Shown here one piece after another: positions 1-9,215 of a DNA stretch of 62,715 bases. The translations under genes were made by a program, and so were the position numbers. This stretch comes from Gammaproteobacteria bacterium. Lineage in GTDB: Bacteria; Pseudomonadota; Gammaproteobacteria; UBA1113. Under the pieces are notes generated by a model, which was given only the letters and a program-made list of their open reading frames with translations, did no database searches and was not told where the DNA came from. The stretch covers positions 1 through 62,715 of the forward strand of contig VFKP01000012.1 of assembly GCA_009885495.1 (NCBI GenBank). The letters run 5' to 3'. Each line of letters opens with the position of its first letter. Within the stretch, counting starts at the first letter, position 1.

Positions 1-179
1 ATACTTCCTTAGGTTAAAAAGAAAGTATTTGATCATATTCAGCCCTTGTTGTCGATCTTTTTTGAGAGAACTTTTCAGAGCTGTTCAAAATTTAGATGAT
101 CTTGCCCTGCTTAGAAAAGCGTAAATTTGCCTCTCAGCCCTAAAATCGGTTAAAATCTCATCTTTTCGAGGATCTGCCC

Positions 180-806
180 TTGAAAGCTCATTTTTTACAC
201 TTAACTGGCTTTAGCGCCAGCATTAACGATCAAGATTTGTTCAGCGATCTCCATTTGAGTCTATCTGCAGGCTCTCTTTTACATGTTTTAGGTCCTAATG
301 GCTGTGGCAAAAGTACTTTTTTAGCCAGTATAACCGGATTAAGCTTACATCCAGGGCAAGCCTATTGGGAAGATGAACAAAGTCAAAAAAATAAAATAAA
401 CCCTAGCCAAGATATTTTTTACTTAAGCCATCGACGTTGCCTAAAACCTGAATTGACCGTCGCTGAAAATATTGAACATTTAGCCTGCCTACACGGAAAC
501 ACGGATCGATCGATGGCGTCTATCGCCGAAGAACTGGGTTTGACACAACAACGGTCTCAATTTGCCAAGGATTTGTCTCAAGGACAACAACAACGCCTAG
601 CCCTAGCTCCTCTTATTTTAGCGCATAAGCCTTTGTGGCTACTCGATGAGCCCAGTGTAGCCCTTGATCACAAAGCTAAGCTTTGGTTTTATCATCGCTT
701 GCAAACGCATTTGCATCAACAAGGCTTTGTCATCATGGCTTGTCATGAAGCACTCCTTGCACTGGAAACCCCCGTACACACTCTGAATTTGGGGGAAAGC
801 GCCTGA
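180..806 (+). CDS. ccmA: heme exporter ATP-binding protein CcmA
   Basis: 208-aa ORF with Walker A GPNGCGKST, ABC signature LSQGQQQR and Walker B LWLLDEP. First gene of a contiguous ccm array. TTG start with GAGGA 8 nt upstream. Confidence 0.85.
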   Translation: MKAHFLHLTGFSASINDQDLFSDLHLSLSAGSLLHVLGPNGCGKSTFLASITGLSLHPGQAYWEDEQSQKNKINPSQDIFYLSHRRCLKPELTVAENIEHLACLHGNTDRSMASIAEELGLTQQRSQFAKDLSQGQQQRLALAPLILAHKPLWLLDEPSVALDHKAKLWFYHRLQTHLHQQGFVIMACHEALLALETPVHTLNLGESA

Positions 807-1477
807 TGTCTCATTCCATATTCCGCACGCTCTTGCAGCATGAACTTAAATCTTATTATCGCCAAGCCGCAAAATGTTTAACCCCACTGGCTTTTTATCT
901 GTTAGTCGTCTGTTTATTTCCTTTTGCGCTCAATGCTGAAAAAACAGTGTTACAGACCTGTGCCGCCGGTATTGTTTGGATAGCCCTGCTCTTGTCTTTA
1001 CTCATGTCATTCCCACGCTTATTTGCAGACGATCACCAAGAGGGCAGCCTCACACAATATTGTTTACAGGATACGATGCTGATGCCTTATATCAGCGCCA
1101 AAATGCTCGCTCATGCTTTTATGCACATCCTGCCCTGTCTATTACTGACTCCTATCCTAGGCTTGCTCTTGTATTTATCTGTCAGAGATATTGAGATCTT
1201 ATGGCTCACTATTTTGCTGGGTAGCCCCATACTTTTACTCATCGGCAGCTTAGGCGCTGCATTAACCTTAAGAGCAGGACAAGGCAGCGCCTTATTGGCT
1301 TTGATCTTATTTCCCTTATACATTCCCGTCTTGATTTTAGCTTTAAATTGTGTGACTCTCGCCACTGCAGGGCGACCGATTGCCGGCTTATTGGCTTGGC
1401 TGTGTGCTTATGCCTGCCTATGCATAGCCTTGATCCCTTTCGCCATTAAAGCCATTTTAAAAATTGGAGTACAATAA
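806..1477 (+). CDS. ccmB: heme exporter membrane protein CcmB
   Basis: 223-aa polytopic hydrophobic ORF. 1-nt TGATG overlap with ccmA. Position in the ccm operon. Confidence 0.85.
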   Translation: MSHSIFRTLLQHELKSYYRQAAKCLTPLAFYLLVVCLFPFALNAEKTVLQTCAAGIVWIALLLSLLMSFPRLFADDHQEGSLTQYCLQDTMLMPYISAKMLAHAFMHILPCLLLTPILGLLLYLSVRDIEILWLTILLGSPILLLIGSLGAALTLRAGQGSALLALILFPLYIPVLILALNCVTLATAGRPIAGLLAWLCAYACLCIALIPFAIKAILKIGVQ

Positions 1478-2211
1478 TGTTGTCTTGGAGCAAACATTTT
1501 TTAGTGCCTAAATACTGCTATCGCTTAAGCGAAAAACTTTTGCCTTGGCTGACTTTCGTTTGGATTTTAAGTTTAAGTTATGGCTTAATTGCAGGCCTTT
1601 GGTTTGCCCCCGCTGATTATCAGCAGGGTGATGGCTTTCGCATCATCTACGTTCATGTCCCTGCGGCCATCATGGCCATGGCCGTTTACAGCCTTATGGC
1701 GATAGCAGCCGTCTTAAGCTTAGTGTTTCGCCTGAAAATCGCTGCCTTGGTTATGAGTTTAAGTGCCCCTATTGGCGCTGCTTTTACTTTCTTAGCGCTG
1801 GTCACAGGCTCTCTTTGGGGCAAACCCATGTGGGGAACCTGGTGGATTTGGGATGCTCGTCTAACCTCTGTATTGATCTTATTTTTCCTTTATCTGGCTT
1901 TTATGGCTTTACGCTCGGCCCTTCCTGAAGAAAAGACTCGCGATCAAATCAGCGCTTGGCTACTCATCATTGGCTTTATCAATATTCCCATCATTCATTA
2001 TTCGGTACAATGGTGGAATACCTTGCACCAAGGCGCCAGTTTAAAATGGGATCCCAGTATCGCTCCTAGCATGCTGTATCCATTGCTGGCGATGATCTTG
2101 GCTTTTGCCTTATTCTACGCCTTAATTTTATTACAACGCTTGCAAACTGAGTTATTATACCGTGAACGTAAAAATCCCTGGGTTAAAGAGGTGATCGATG
2201 AACTTTCATGA
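1477..2211 (+). CDS. ccmC: heme exporter/heme lyase subunit CcmC
   Basis: 244-aa membrane ORF with Trp-rich heme-handling motif WGKPMWGTWWIWDARL. 1-nt TAATG overlap with ccmB. Confidence 0.9.
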   Translation: MLSWSKHFLVPKYCYRLSEKLLPWLTFVWILSLSYGLIAGLWFAPADYQQGDGFRIIYVHVPAAIMAMAVYSLMAIAAVLSLVFRLKIAALVMSLSAPIGAAFTFLALVTGSLWGKPMWGTWWIWDARLTSVLILFFLYLAFMALRSALPEEKTRDQISAWLLIIGFINIPIIHYSVQWWNTLHQGASLKWDPSIAPSMLYPLLAMILAFALFYALILLQRLQTELLYRERKNPWVKEVIDELS

Positions 2212-2362
2212 GTTTTACACCATGGGCGGCTATGCGCCTTATGTCTGGCCCTCTTTTGGCCTTGCCGCCCTCACGTTTATCAGCCAATGGCTTTTGACCG
2301 TACACAAGAAACGTCGCACATTAGAACGATTAAAAACATTTTGGGATAGACATGAATCATAA
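2198..2362 (+). CDS. ccmD: heme exporter protein CcmD (54 aa, below ORF-track cutoff)
   Basis: Hand translation gives MNFHEFYTMGGYAPYVWPSFGLAALTFISQWLLTVHKKRRTLERLKTFWDRHES. It has a single TM helix followed by a basic tail, which is typical of CcmD. It overlaps both the ccmC stop and the ccmE start. Confidence 0.7.
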   Translation: MNFHEFYTMGGYAPYVWPSFGLAALTFISQWLLTVHKKRRTLERLKTFWDRHES

Positions 2363-2792
2363 ACAACGACGCAAATTAAGCCTCATTGGTTTTCTGGTTT
2401 TATTTCTAGGCATCGCCTGCACTTTGGTCTTATACGCTTTAAGACAAAATATCAGCCTCTACTACACGCCCAGCCAAGCCTTAGTAAAACCCCTGCCCCA
2501 GAGCCAAAACCTACGTCTGGGCGGCTTTGTGGCCGCTGACAGCGTTCATATGGATCCCCGTACTCTGGCTTTGAATTTTCAAATCACCGATTATCAAACG
2601 GCTATTCCGGTGGTCTATCATGGCGAATTGCCCAATTTATTTCGCGAAAAGCAAGGTGTGGTCGTCAGCGGACATTTTGATGGACAAGGCCATTTTATCG
2701 CCAGCGAAATCTTAGCCAAACATGATGAGAATTATATGCCTAAACCGGTCAAAGAATTATTAGACCAACAAGGAGCACCACATGCTGGCTGA
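2352..2792 (+). CDS. ccmE: cytochrome c-type biogenesis heme chaperone CcmE
   Basis: 146 aa with an N-terminal membrane anchor and the heme-binding His motif AKHDENYMP. Confidence 0.9.
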   Translation: MNHKQRRKLSLIGFLVLFLGIACTLVLYALRQNISLYYTPSQALVKPLPQSQNLRLGGFVAADSVHMDPRTLALNFQITDYQTAIPVVYHGELPNLFREKQGVVVSGHFDGQGHFIASEILAKHDENYMPKPVKELLDQQGAPHAG

Positions 2793-4686
2793 ATGGGGCA
2801 CTCTATTATTAATATTGGCTTTTGTGCTTTGTCTTACGGTATTGTGTATACCCTTATGCTGCGATCGCCAACACAAAGCTCTACCTTCTTTTCTCTTGCG
2901 CGGCACATTGGCTTACAGCGCCTGCATTTTCTTAGCCTTGTTTTGCCTGATGCTCGCCTTTTTACGCTATGATTTCACTTTATTGTCTGTGTACAACAAT
3001 GCCAATTTAAGTTTGCCTTGGTGGTATCGCTTAGGAGCGACTTGGGGCCATCATGAAGGTTCGCTCTTACTCTGGTGCGCGCTCTTAGCCGCTTGGATTG
3101 CGAGTGTGGCCTTGTTTCCCCGCTCTTTAAGTCAAAACACGCATCGCTTAGTCTTACAAATGCTGGCCTTTATCGAAAGCGGTTTTTTATTATTCTTATT
3201 ACTCACCTCTTCGCCTTTCACGCGCTTTTTCCCCAGCGATGCGGTGCCCGCGCAAACCTTAACACCCATCTTGCAAGATCCCGGTTTAATGTTTCATCCG
3301 CCCATGCTCTATCTAGGCTATGTGGGTTTTGCCGTAGGGTTTGCCTACGCCATTGCCGCATTGATTGAGGGTAAACTCGATCGACAATGGTGTATCAGCT
3401 TACGCTTATGGGTGGGTTTATCCTGGGCCTTTTTAACTTTGGGCATTGTGCTCGGTAGTTGGTGGGCCTATCGCGAATTGGGCTGGGGAGGCTGGTGGTT
3501 TTGGGATCCCGTAGAAAATGCTTCTCTTATGCCTTGGCTGTGCGCCACAGCCCTAATGCATAGCCTCATTGTCACTGAAAAACAAAATGCCTTTAAAGCC
3601 TGGGTGATTGTCTTGGCTTTATTGTGTTTTGCTTTAAGTTTATTGGGCACTTTTCTCGTGCGTTCGGGCGTATTAGTGTCCGTGCATGCCTTTGCCAATG
3701 ATCCTTCTCGAGGATCCTTTTTATTGCTGTTTTTAGCCAGCTTATGGGCGGGCAGTTTAATTTTATATGGGCTACGGGGACATCGTTTAGCTGCAATACA
3801 TCATTTTTCGTTATGTTCCCGCGAAACTTTTTTACTCATCAACAGCGTGGTGATTTTAACTTTATTGGCCACTGTTGTTCTAGGCACCTTATACCCCATT
3901 ATTTTAGATGCTTTGGGTTTAGATAAGATCAGCGTCGGCATGCCTTATTACACGGCGGTATTTGTGCCTTTAGCCTTACCTTTATTGATCTTAATGGCCA
4001 TTGCGCCTAAACTGCATTGGCGATCCGACACATTGCAACGGATCTTACCCAGCTTTATTCTGCCTCTTTTCTTAAGCCTATTCTTAACGGCTCTCATTCT
4101 CGCTCTTGACTTAAAAAGCCGTTCTATTTTAACTGCTTTAGGTTTAGGAATTGCTTTATTTGTTTTGCTCAGCACCTTTAGCGATGCCTTCTCTCGTATT
4201 CGCCATAAAAATTTGCGCTTAAGGCGTTTAGCCATGATCATTGCTCATCTGGGGATCGCTATTTTAGTTTTGGGAATTACCTTAAATAAAAGCCATAGCA
4301 GCGATCGCGAAGTCAAAATGCAAGTCGGTAGTAACGCGAGTTTAGGCTCCTACACCTTTAGTTTAGACCGCTTAACGCCGATCCAAACCGCCAATTATCA
4401 AGGCATGCAAGCTGATTTTAGCATTCTTAAAAATCAACATTTGTTAACCCAAGTCAGCAGTGAAAGTAAATTGTTTCCTTTATCCGGTAGTTTAGTGACT
4501 GAAACGGGGATCAGCATTAATCCTTGGCGCGATCTTTATGTCGCTTTAGGCCAAGATCTGGGCGAAGGCATATGGATTGTCCGTTTATACGATAAACCTT
4601 TTGTGCGCTGGATTTGGCTGGGCGGTTTATTGGTTTTTATCGGCATTATATTAACTTTAAGTACGCGAGTAGCTCATGAAACTTAA
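2782..4686 (+). CDS. ccmF: cytochrome c heme lyase subunit CcmF
   Basis: 634-aa polytopic ORF with WWD-type motif WGGWWFWDPVENAS. Overlaps the ccmE stop. Confidence 0.9.
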   Translation: MLAEWGTLLLILAFVLCLTVLCIPLCCDRQHKALPSFLLRGTLAYSACIFLALFCLMLAFLRYDFTLLSVYNNANLSLPWWYRLGATWGHHEGSLLLWCALLAAWIASVALFPRSLSQNTHRLVLQMLAFIESGFLLFLLLTSSPFTRFFPSDAVPAQTLTPILQDPGLMFHPPMLYLGYVGFAVGFAYAIAALIEGKLDRQWCISLRLWVGLSWAFLTLGIVLGSWWAYRELGWGGWWFWDPVENASLMPWLCATALMHSLIVTEKQNAFKAWVIVLALLCFALSLLGTFLVRSGVLVSVHAFANDPSRGSFLLLFLASLWAGSLILYGLRGHRLAAIHHFSLCSRETFLLINSVVILTLLATVVLGTLYPIILDALGLDKISVGMPYYTAVFVPLALPLLILMAIAPKLHWRSDTLQRILPSFILPLFLSLFLTALILALDLKSRSILTALGLGIALFVLLSTFSDAFSRIRHKNLRLRRLAMIIAHLGIAILVLGITLNKSHSSDREVKMQVGSNASLGSYTFSLDRLTPIQTANYQGMQADFSILKNQHLLTQVSSESKLFPLSGSLVTETGISINPWRDLYVALGQDLGEGIWIVRLYDKPFVRWIWLGGLLVFIGIILTLSTRVAHET

Positions 4687-5227
4687 ATTCTTTATGCTGC
4701 GTTTAGCCTTACCGCTGCTATTGTTTATGGGCATGCTCGCCGTTTTATGGCATGGATTGTACACCGATCCCAAAATTTTGCCCTCGACTTTGATTGATCA
4801 TCCCGTTCCAGAATTTAAATTGCCAGAACTCTTCGCCCCTGAAAAAAAAATTGACTCTAGTATTTTCTTAGGCAAAACCAGCATCGTCAATGTTTGGGCC
4901 AGTTGGTGTCAAGCCTGTATCAGTGAACAAGAACTGATTCGAACGGTGGCCAGCGATCCTAAAGTACAATGGATCGGTTTTGATTATAAAGACGATCCGA
5001 GGCAGGCTAAAGCTTGGCTTAAACAATATGGCAATCCTTATCAAACCATATTAAATGATGCTAACGGTTTAGCCGCATTAGATTGGGGCATTTATGGCAC
5101 TCCAGAAACCTTTGTCATTGATGGTAAAGGGATTATACGCTATAAGGAAGTAGGCCCTATCACCACCCTCGACTGGCAAAATGATTTTCTACCTTTACTC
5201 AATCAACTCGAAAAGGAAAATACTTAA
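4676..5227 (+). CDS. ccmG: thiol:disulfide interchange protein CcmG/DsbE
   Basis: 183 aa with an N-terminal anchor and thioredoxin-fold active site WASWCQAC. Overlaps the ccmF stop. Confidence 0.85.
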   Translation: MKLKFFMLRLALPLLLFMGMLAVLWHGLYTDPKILPSTLIDHPVPEFKLPELFAPEKKIDSSIFLGKTSIVNVWASWCQACISEQELIRTVASDPKVQWIGFDYKDDPRQAKAWLKQYGNPYQTILNDANGLAALDWGIYGTPETFVIDGKGIIRYKEVGPITTLDWQNDFLPLLNQLEKENT

Positions 5228-5629
5228 ATGCGCTCTATCTTGTTGAGTTTAATTCTATTATTTAATTTTGCTCTTGCAGAAAATACAGCCCCTGATAATG
5301 CTGTTTATGCTTTTAATACCGAAGCACAAAGCGCCCGCTTTAATGATCTGATCAGTCAATTTCGTTGTCTGGTCTGTCAAAATGAAAGTTTAGCCGATTC
5401 GAACGCGGGCTTGGCTTCTGATTTACGCCAACAAATTTACCTTCGCGTACAACAAGGACAAAGCGATGCTGATATTCGCCATTATTTAATCGCGCGTTAT
5501 GGCGATTATGTCTTATTTAAACCACCCTTTACTCTCAATACTTCAGCCTTATGGATCTTACCTTTTCTATCCGTGTTGGCGGGTCTTATATTCTTATGTA
5601 TCAAAATTCAAAAGAGATCTCGAATATGA
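5228..5629 (+). CDS. ccmH: cytochrome c-type biogenesis protein CcmH
   Basis: 133 aa with a signal peptide, the RCLVCQNES CXXC motif and a C-terminal TM helix. Starts directly after the ccmG stop. Confidence 0.85.
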   Translation: MRSILLSLILLFNFALAENTAPDNAVYAFNTEAQSARFNDLISQFRCLVCQNESLADSNAGLASDLRQQIYLRVQQGQSDADIRHYLIARYGDYVLFKPPFTLNTSALWILPFLSVLAGLIFLCIKIQKRSRI

Positions 5630-6036
5630 TCATTCTATTATTACCTTTTATGCTACTGATGTTAGGCTTAAGTTTTTGGGCTACCCGTCCTTTAATCGCA
5701 GGGGCCTGGACAATTCAAAATTTTGCTAAAATACTGGTTTTAAACGCGAGTATGGTGTTATGTACTTTGTGCTTATATGCATTCTTAGGGCATGCTAAAG
5801 CCTGGCAGGCCTGGCAAAATCAAGGCCGCGATCATTATCAATTGATGACCGAAGTCCAAGCTCTGGGCGGATTTTCGGGTTTGATTCAAGGCATTAAAAC
5901 CAAATTAGCCGAAAATCCCAATGATGTTCAAGGTTGGCGTTTGCTGGCTAAGCTCTATGCCGCCCATGGCGATACGGTTTTAGCCAATGAGGCTTTAGAG
6001 CAGGCTAAGAAAGTAGAGCAAAACTTGCCTCAATAA
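5626..6036 (+). CDS. ccmI: CcmI-like c-type cytochrome biogenesis protein (TM + TPR-like)
   Basis: The track ORF 5551..6036 is trimmed to the ATG at 5626, which forms an ATGA overlap with the ccmH stop. Two TM helices are followed by a helical TPR-like tail (WRLLAKLYAAHGDTVLANEALEQA). Confidence 0.55.
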   Translation: MIILLLPFMLLMLGLSFWATRPLIAGAWTIQNFAKILVLNASMVLCTLCLYAFLGHAKAWQAWQNQGRDHYQLMTEVQALGGFSGLIQGIKTKLAENPNDVQGWRLLAKLYAAHGDTVLANEALEQAKKVEQNLPQ

Positions 6037-6091
6037 AATAATCAAGGGCTCTGGTTTTAGCCGTACGCTTAGACTTTTCTACTCAGTCTTT

Positions 6092-6121
6092 AATCCCGGC
6101 CTTATTGAGAAGGCCAGGATT
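6092..6121. terminator. hairpin between convergent ccmI and DUF4116 genes
   Basis: aatcccggcctt-attgag-aaggccaggatt pairs at 11 of 12 positions. The U-tract is weak on both strands. Confidence 0.35.
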
Positions 6122-6176
6122 TATAGATCTCAGTGACTGATTAGATTAACCAGGGCCTCTTTTAAAGGAAGATGTT

Positions 6177-6851
6177 TCAGGTTCCCCCCTCTTGAGAAGA
6201 ACTGCTAGCCTGAGAAAAACTGCTAGCCTTAGAATTCCAATATGGAAAATGCTGTTTTCTTGGCTTGATTTTTGGTCCTGGTACGTACACTATCTCCTCA
6301 TGAGCAGCCTCATCAGCAGCCTTAACCTTAACCCCAGCCTTAGCAAGAGAATCATCACAGGCCTTGCTACGTGCTCTTTTATCTTGAATTTCAGAAATAG
6401 CTTGTAATTCTTCGCTGTTGCTGAGTGCACAGTAAGCAAATGATAATGCACGCCCGTTTTCACGCATCGCCTCCAACACAATCTCTATGTCGGCACTTAA
6501 GTTGGGTAAAGAAAGGAGTTTTTCGAACTCTTCATAGGACCTTCCGAAGCGAGACGACGACGACCTCCTTTGCTGGTGGTCACCCTCAATTAATGACAGC
6601 GCCAGGCCATTTTGACGCACCGCCGCCAGCACAATGGCTCTATCGCTTCTGAATTCTAAGCACAAGTCTTGCAGATCCCAGGCCTTTTCACTTACTGCCC
6701 TCAGCGCAGCCTCTCGGTGACCGCTTACTTTTGGGTTAAGCGATTTCAGGTACGACTCTGGAACCGGCGGAGCCTTTCGCTCAACTTTTTCCAAGGAAGC
6801 GCTGTTTCCAGCTTTTTGCTCTACACGCACATCGTTTCTATTCGCAGCCAT
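6177..6851 (-). CDS. DUF4116-repeat protein, candidate secreted effector
   Basis: Two repeats of the DUF4116 type: LEFRSDRAIVLAAVRQNGLALSLIEGD and LSADIEIVLEAMRENGRALSFAYCALSNSEEL. The C-terminus is Ser-rich. Start moved to the second ATG (6851), which lies 7 nt after AGAGGG. Confidence 0.6.
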   Translation of the reverse strand: MAANRNDVRVEQKAGNSASLEKVERKAPPVPESYLKSLNPKVSGHREAALRAVSEKAWDLQDLCLEFRSDRAIVLAAVRQNGLALSLIEGDHQQRRSSSSRFGRSYEEFEKLLSLPNLSADIEIVLEAMRENGRALSFAYCALSNSEELQAISEIQDKRARSKACDDSLAKAGVKVKAADEAAHEEIVYVPGPKIKPRKQHFPYWNSKASSFSQASSSSQEGGT

Positions 6852-6991
6852 AATCATACCCTCTTGTTATATTAAAATATTGACTCTGGGTCATCCCTTA
6901 CCCCTGTTTGCCTCCACTCAGCTCAAGAGCCTATTCCTAGACCCAGCAAGAATTGCTGTATTATAGTACAACAAGCCCTTACAAGCTATCC

Positions 6992-7417
6992 CTATAGAAC
7001 CTTCCGCAAATGATAAGCTCTAAACTCAAAGCCTTGATTTAAATAAAAGCGATGGGCAGCATGCCTATCAGGACCTGTGTCTAAATGCAGTTCTTGGCAT
7101 TTTTCTTCTCTTGCCAAATCCAGTATAAAGGCCATTAACCGCTCCCCATACCCCTGCCCTCTTGCCGATGAAAGGGTTGCAAAATCATCGATGTATAAAC
7201 TCTTCCCCCAGGCTAATCGCTCTGTTAGGCGATAGCCTAAAACACTGAATACCGCTTCTTCGGCCTTTAAATATATCAAATGATACCCCTGTGTATGCTG
7301 TCTTAAGACTTGCTCGATAAAAACGTCTTCGCTCAGTTGAGGTCGCAATTCACGCATCACGGGATAACAAGCGGCCAGGGATAAGCGATCTTTGGCCTCA
7401 AGAATAGTCTCAAACAT
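6992..7417 (-). CDS. GNAT family N-acetyltransferase
   Basis: Acetyl-CoA binding motif ARGQGYGERLM and a GNAT-like C-terminus (HRFYLNQGF). The track start at 7438 is GTG. ATGs at 7423 and 7417 are alternatives; 7417 has better SD spacing. Confidence 0.75.
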   Translation of the reverse strand: MFETILEAKDRLSLAACYPVMRELRPQLSEDVFIEQVLRQHTQGYHLIYLKAEEAVFSVLGYRLTERLAWGKSLYIDDFATLSSARGQGYGERLMAFILDLAREEKCQELHLDTGPDRHAAHRFYLNQGFEFRAYHLRKVL

Positions 7418-7435
7418 TATCATTTCCCCTTGGGT

Positions 7436-7470
7436 CACTATTCTCCCCCTAATGGAGGGTACGAATAGTT
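7436..7470. repeat. copy a of a short dispersed palindromic repeat family
   Basis: tcactattc-tccccctaatggagggtacgaatagt. It shares tcactattc with the copy at 48212 and ggagggtacga with the copy at 40766. Confidence 0.5.
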
Positions 7471-7511
7471 ACCCCCTTGGCTTTAAATTAAAGAAATAGT
7501 ATACTGCCCTT

Positions 7512-7970
7512 ATGGACAATATTGCAATCAATATCTTCTGGAAATCTTTTTCAGATTTATCTCCCGCAGAATTATATGCCATCCTGCAATTGCGCGCCCG
7601 TATTTTTATTGTCGAACAAAACTGCGCTTATCTCGATTTGGACAATACGGATCTAAAAGCCCAACATCTACTGGCCTACACATCAGAGCCAGAAAAACTG
7701 ATAGGCACCGCTCGCATTTACAATTCACAAAATGAAACCTTAGTGCATTTCGGTCGTTTATGCATTGATAATAGTCTTCGCGGAAAAAGTTATGGGGCAC
7801 TATTAATGAATGCCATTCTTGAAAAAATAAAAATCCATCATTCTCAAAAACCCATCAGCATTTCCGCACAATATTATCTAAAATCTTTTTACGAAAGTTT
7901 TAATTTTGTGGCTTCTGGCAATGTTTATGATGAAGATGGCATCCCCCATATTCATATGGGTCGAGATTAA
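7512..7970 (+). CDS. ElaA-like GNAT family N-acetyltransferase
   Basis: 152 aa. The N-terminus LSPAELYAILQLRARIFIVEQNCAYLDLDNTD matches the ElaA-type pattern. Gly-rich CoA loop RGKSYGALLM. Confidence 0.75.
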   Translation: MDNIAINIFWKSFSDLSPAELYAILQLRARIFIVEQNCAYLDLDNTDLKAQHLLAYTSEPEKLIGTARIYNSQNETLVHFGRLCIDNSLRGKSYGALLMNAILEKIKIHHSQKPISISAQYYLKSFYESFNFVASGNVYDEDGIPHIHMGRD

Positions 7971-7974
7971 TATT

Positions 7975-9210
7975 ATGGGCGCTAACAGAGAAGAGCTCAT
8001 TCTTGTAGAACCCACAAAACTCAGTGCTGACGATAAAAGAGAATACTTTTCTGAAGAGCCTAAAAATCTAGGGCTTTGTTTTAAGCCCTTGCAAGATCCA
8101 GAAACTCTGAGTGCTTTTTTAAAATCTTTGATCTCAGCTCCCTCTGAAAATTCGGACGCTGGCACAAGCACTTTGGAAACATCATCCTCTATAGAAACAA
8201 TCAGAAAAATTATCGCTTTGATTCAAAACCCAAGAGATGAACGCCTTTGTCTTACTCCAGCTGATTTGCGTCGACTACAGATTAATCAATTATTTGAATA
8301 TTCCAGATCAGAAGATCAATATGAAGCGATAAAAAAACTCCTTGAAGACGATAGAATAGAGGTAAATGTCTGCGATAAAGATGGCTGGAGCCCTCTTCAT
8401 ATTGCCGTTTATAACAACCATCTCAGGATTGCCGCTTTATTATTATGCTATGGCGCCAAAACTCGGCAAAAAACCAAGATCGCTTGTATTCCTTTAGAGT
8501 TTGCCGTACAGCAAGGTTCTTGTCTCATGGTTCAATTGCTATTGACACAAGATCCACAGAGCGTTCATCTTCCAGGCGCAAGTGGACAGAGCTTTTTACA
8601 TGATGCCGTACAAGCCAGTGATTTCGAGATGATCCACTGTTTAATGCGCAATAAAGCGGATGTAAATATTGTAGATTTCTTAAATATGTCCCCTCTAGCC
8701 TGGGCCGTTGAAATCGAATCAGATGAAATAGTGGAATATCTACTGATTCAAGGTGCTAATCCTAATATACAGAACAATCAGGGCCGCACCGCTTTACACA
8801 TCGCGGCCCAAAGAGGCCTTGAGACCATCGTTAATTTATTACTTCAGAATAATGCCCTGATCGATTTACTGGATTCGAAAGGTTTAAGCCCCTTACATTT
8901 AGCCATCGAAAATCAAGAAACCGAAATTGCTTTTTTATTAATAGAACAAGGTGCTGATATTTCTTTGAAAAATGGAGAAGGTAAAACGCCCCTTAATCTT
9001 GCTCAAAAATTCTATGGCAATCAAAATTATGATTTTGAACTCTTTCAAGTTTTAAAGTTTCCTAAAAAATCTGAATCTCCAATAGATCAACAAAGTGTTT
9101 CAGTATTGATTCAGCATTTTGGACTCTATAAAAATCTCAGTACATCTGAGAGATCATTCAACCAGAGCCCTATTTTAGGATCGCGTTCATTCAATCGATC
9201 GAGGTCTTAG
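7975..9210 (+). CDS. ankyrin-repeat protein (eukaryote-like, candidate effector)
   Basis: About 7 ANK repeats, e.g. DGWSPLHIAVYNNHLRIAALLLCYGA, GRTALHIAAQRGLETIVNLLLQNNA and GLSPLHLAIENQETEIAFLLIEQGAD. Start trimmed to the ATG at 7975, just past the elaA-like stop. Ser-rich C-terminal tail. Confidence 0.85.
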   Translation: MGANREELILVEPTKLSADDKREYFSEEPKNLGLCFKPLQDPETLSAFLKSLISAPSENSDAGTSTLETSSSIETIRKIIALIQNPRDERLCLTPADLRRLQINQLFEYSRSEDQYEAIKKLLEDDRIEVNVCDKDGWSPLHIAVYNNHLRIAALLLCYGAKTRQKTKIACIPLEFAVQQGSCLMVQLLLTQDPQSVHLPGASGQSFLHDAVQASDFEMIHCLMRNKADVNIVDFLNMSPLAWAVEIESDEIVEYLLIQGANPNIQNNQGRTALHIAAQRGLETIVNLLLQNNALIDLLDSKGLSPLHLAIENQETEIAFLLIEQGADISLKNGEGKTPLNLAQKFYGNQNYDFELFQVLKFPKKSESPIDQQSVSVLIQHFGLYKNLSTSERSFNQSPILGSRSFNRSRS

Positions 9211-9215
9211 TTCTT

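Noticed and set aside
1-40. The window start (tacttccttaggttaaaaagaaagtat) resembles the interior of the MITE-like element at about 9292..9320.
   Set aside because: The similarity is short, A-rich and interrupted by indels, and the putative copy is cut by the window edge. It is mentioned under the MITE finding but not called as a feature.
5551-5625. Upstream extension of the ccmI-like ORF (MDLTFSIRVGG...).
   Set aside because: It overlaps the ccmH coding region in another frame. The ATG at 5626 gives the classical ATGA junction and a sensible N-terminal TM helix.
6858-6890. AT-rich AATATTTTAATATA upstream of the DUF4116 gene, reminiscent of PmrA-type TTAATATT direct repeats that control Legionella/Coxiella effector genes.
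   Set aside because: The half-site spacing (about 8 bp centre to centre) does not fit the 11-bp phasing. The site also lies only about 12 nt from the start codon, too close to be upstream of a -10 element.
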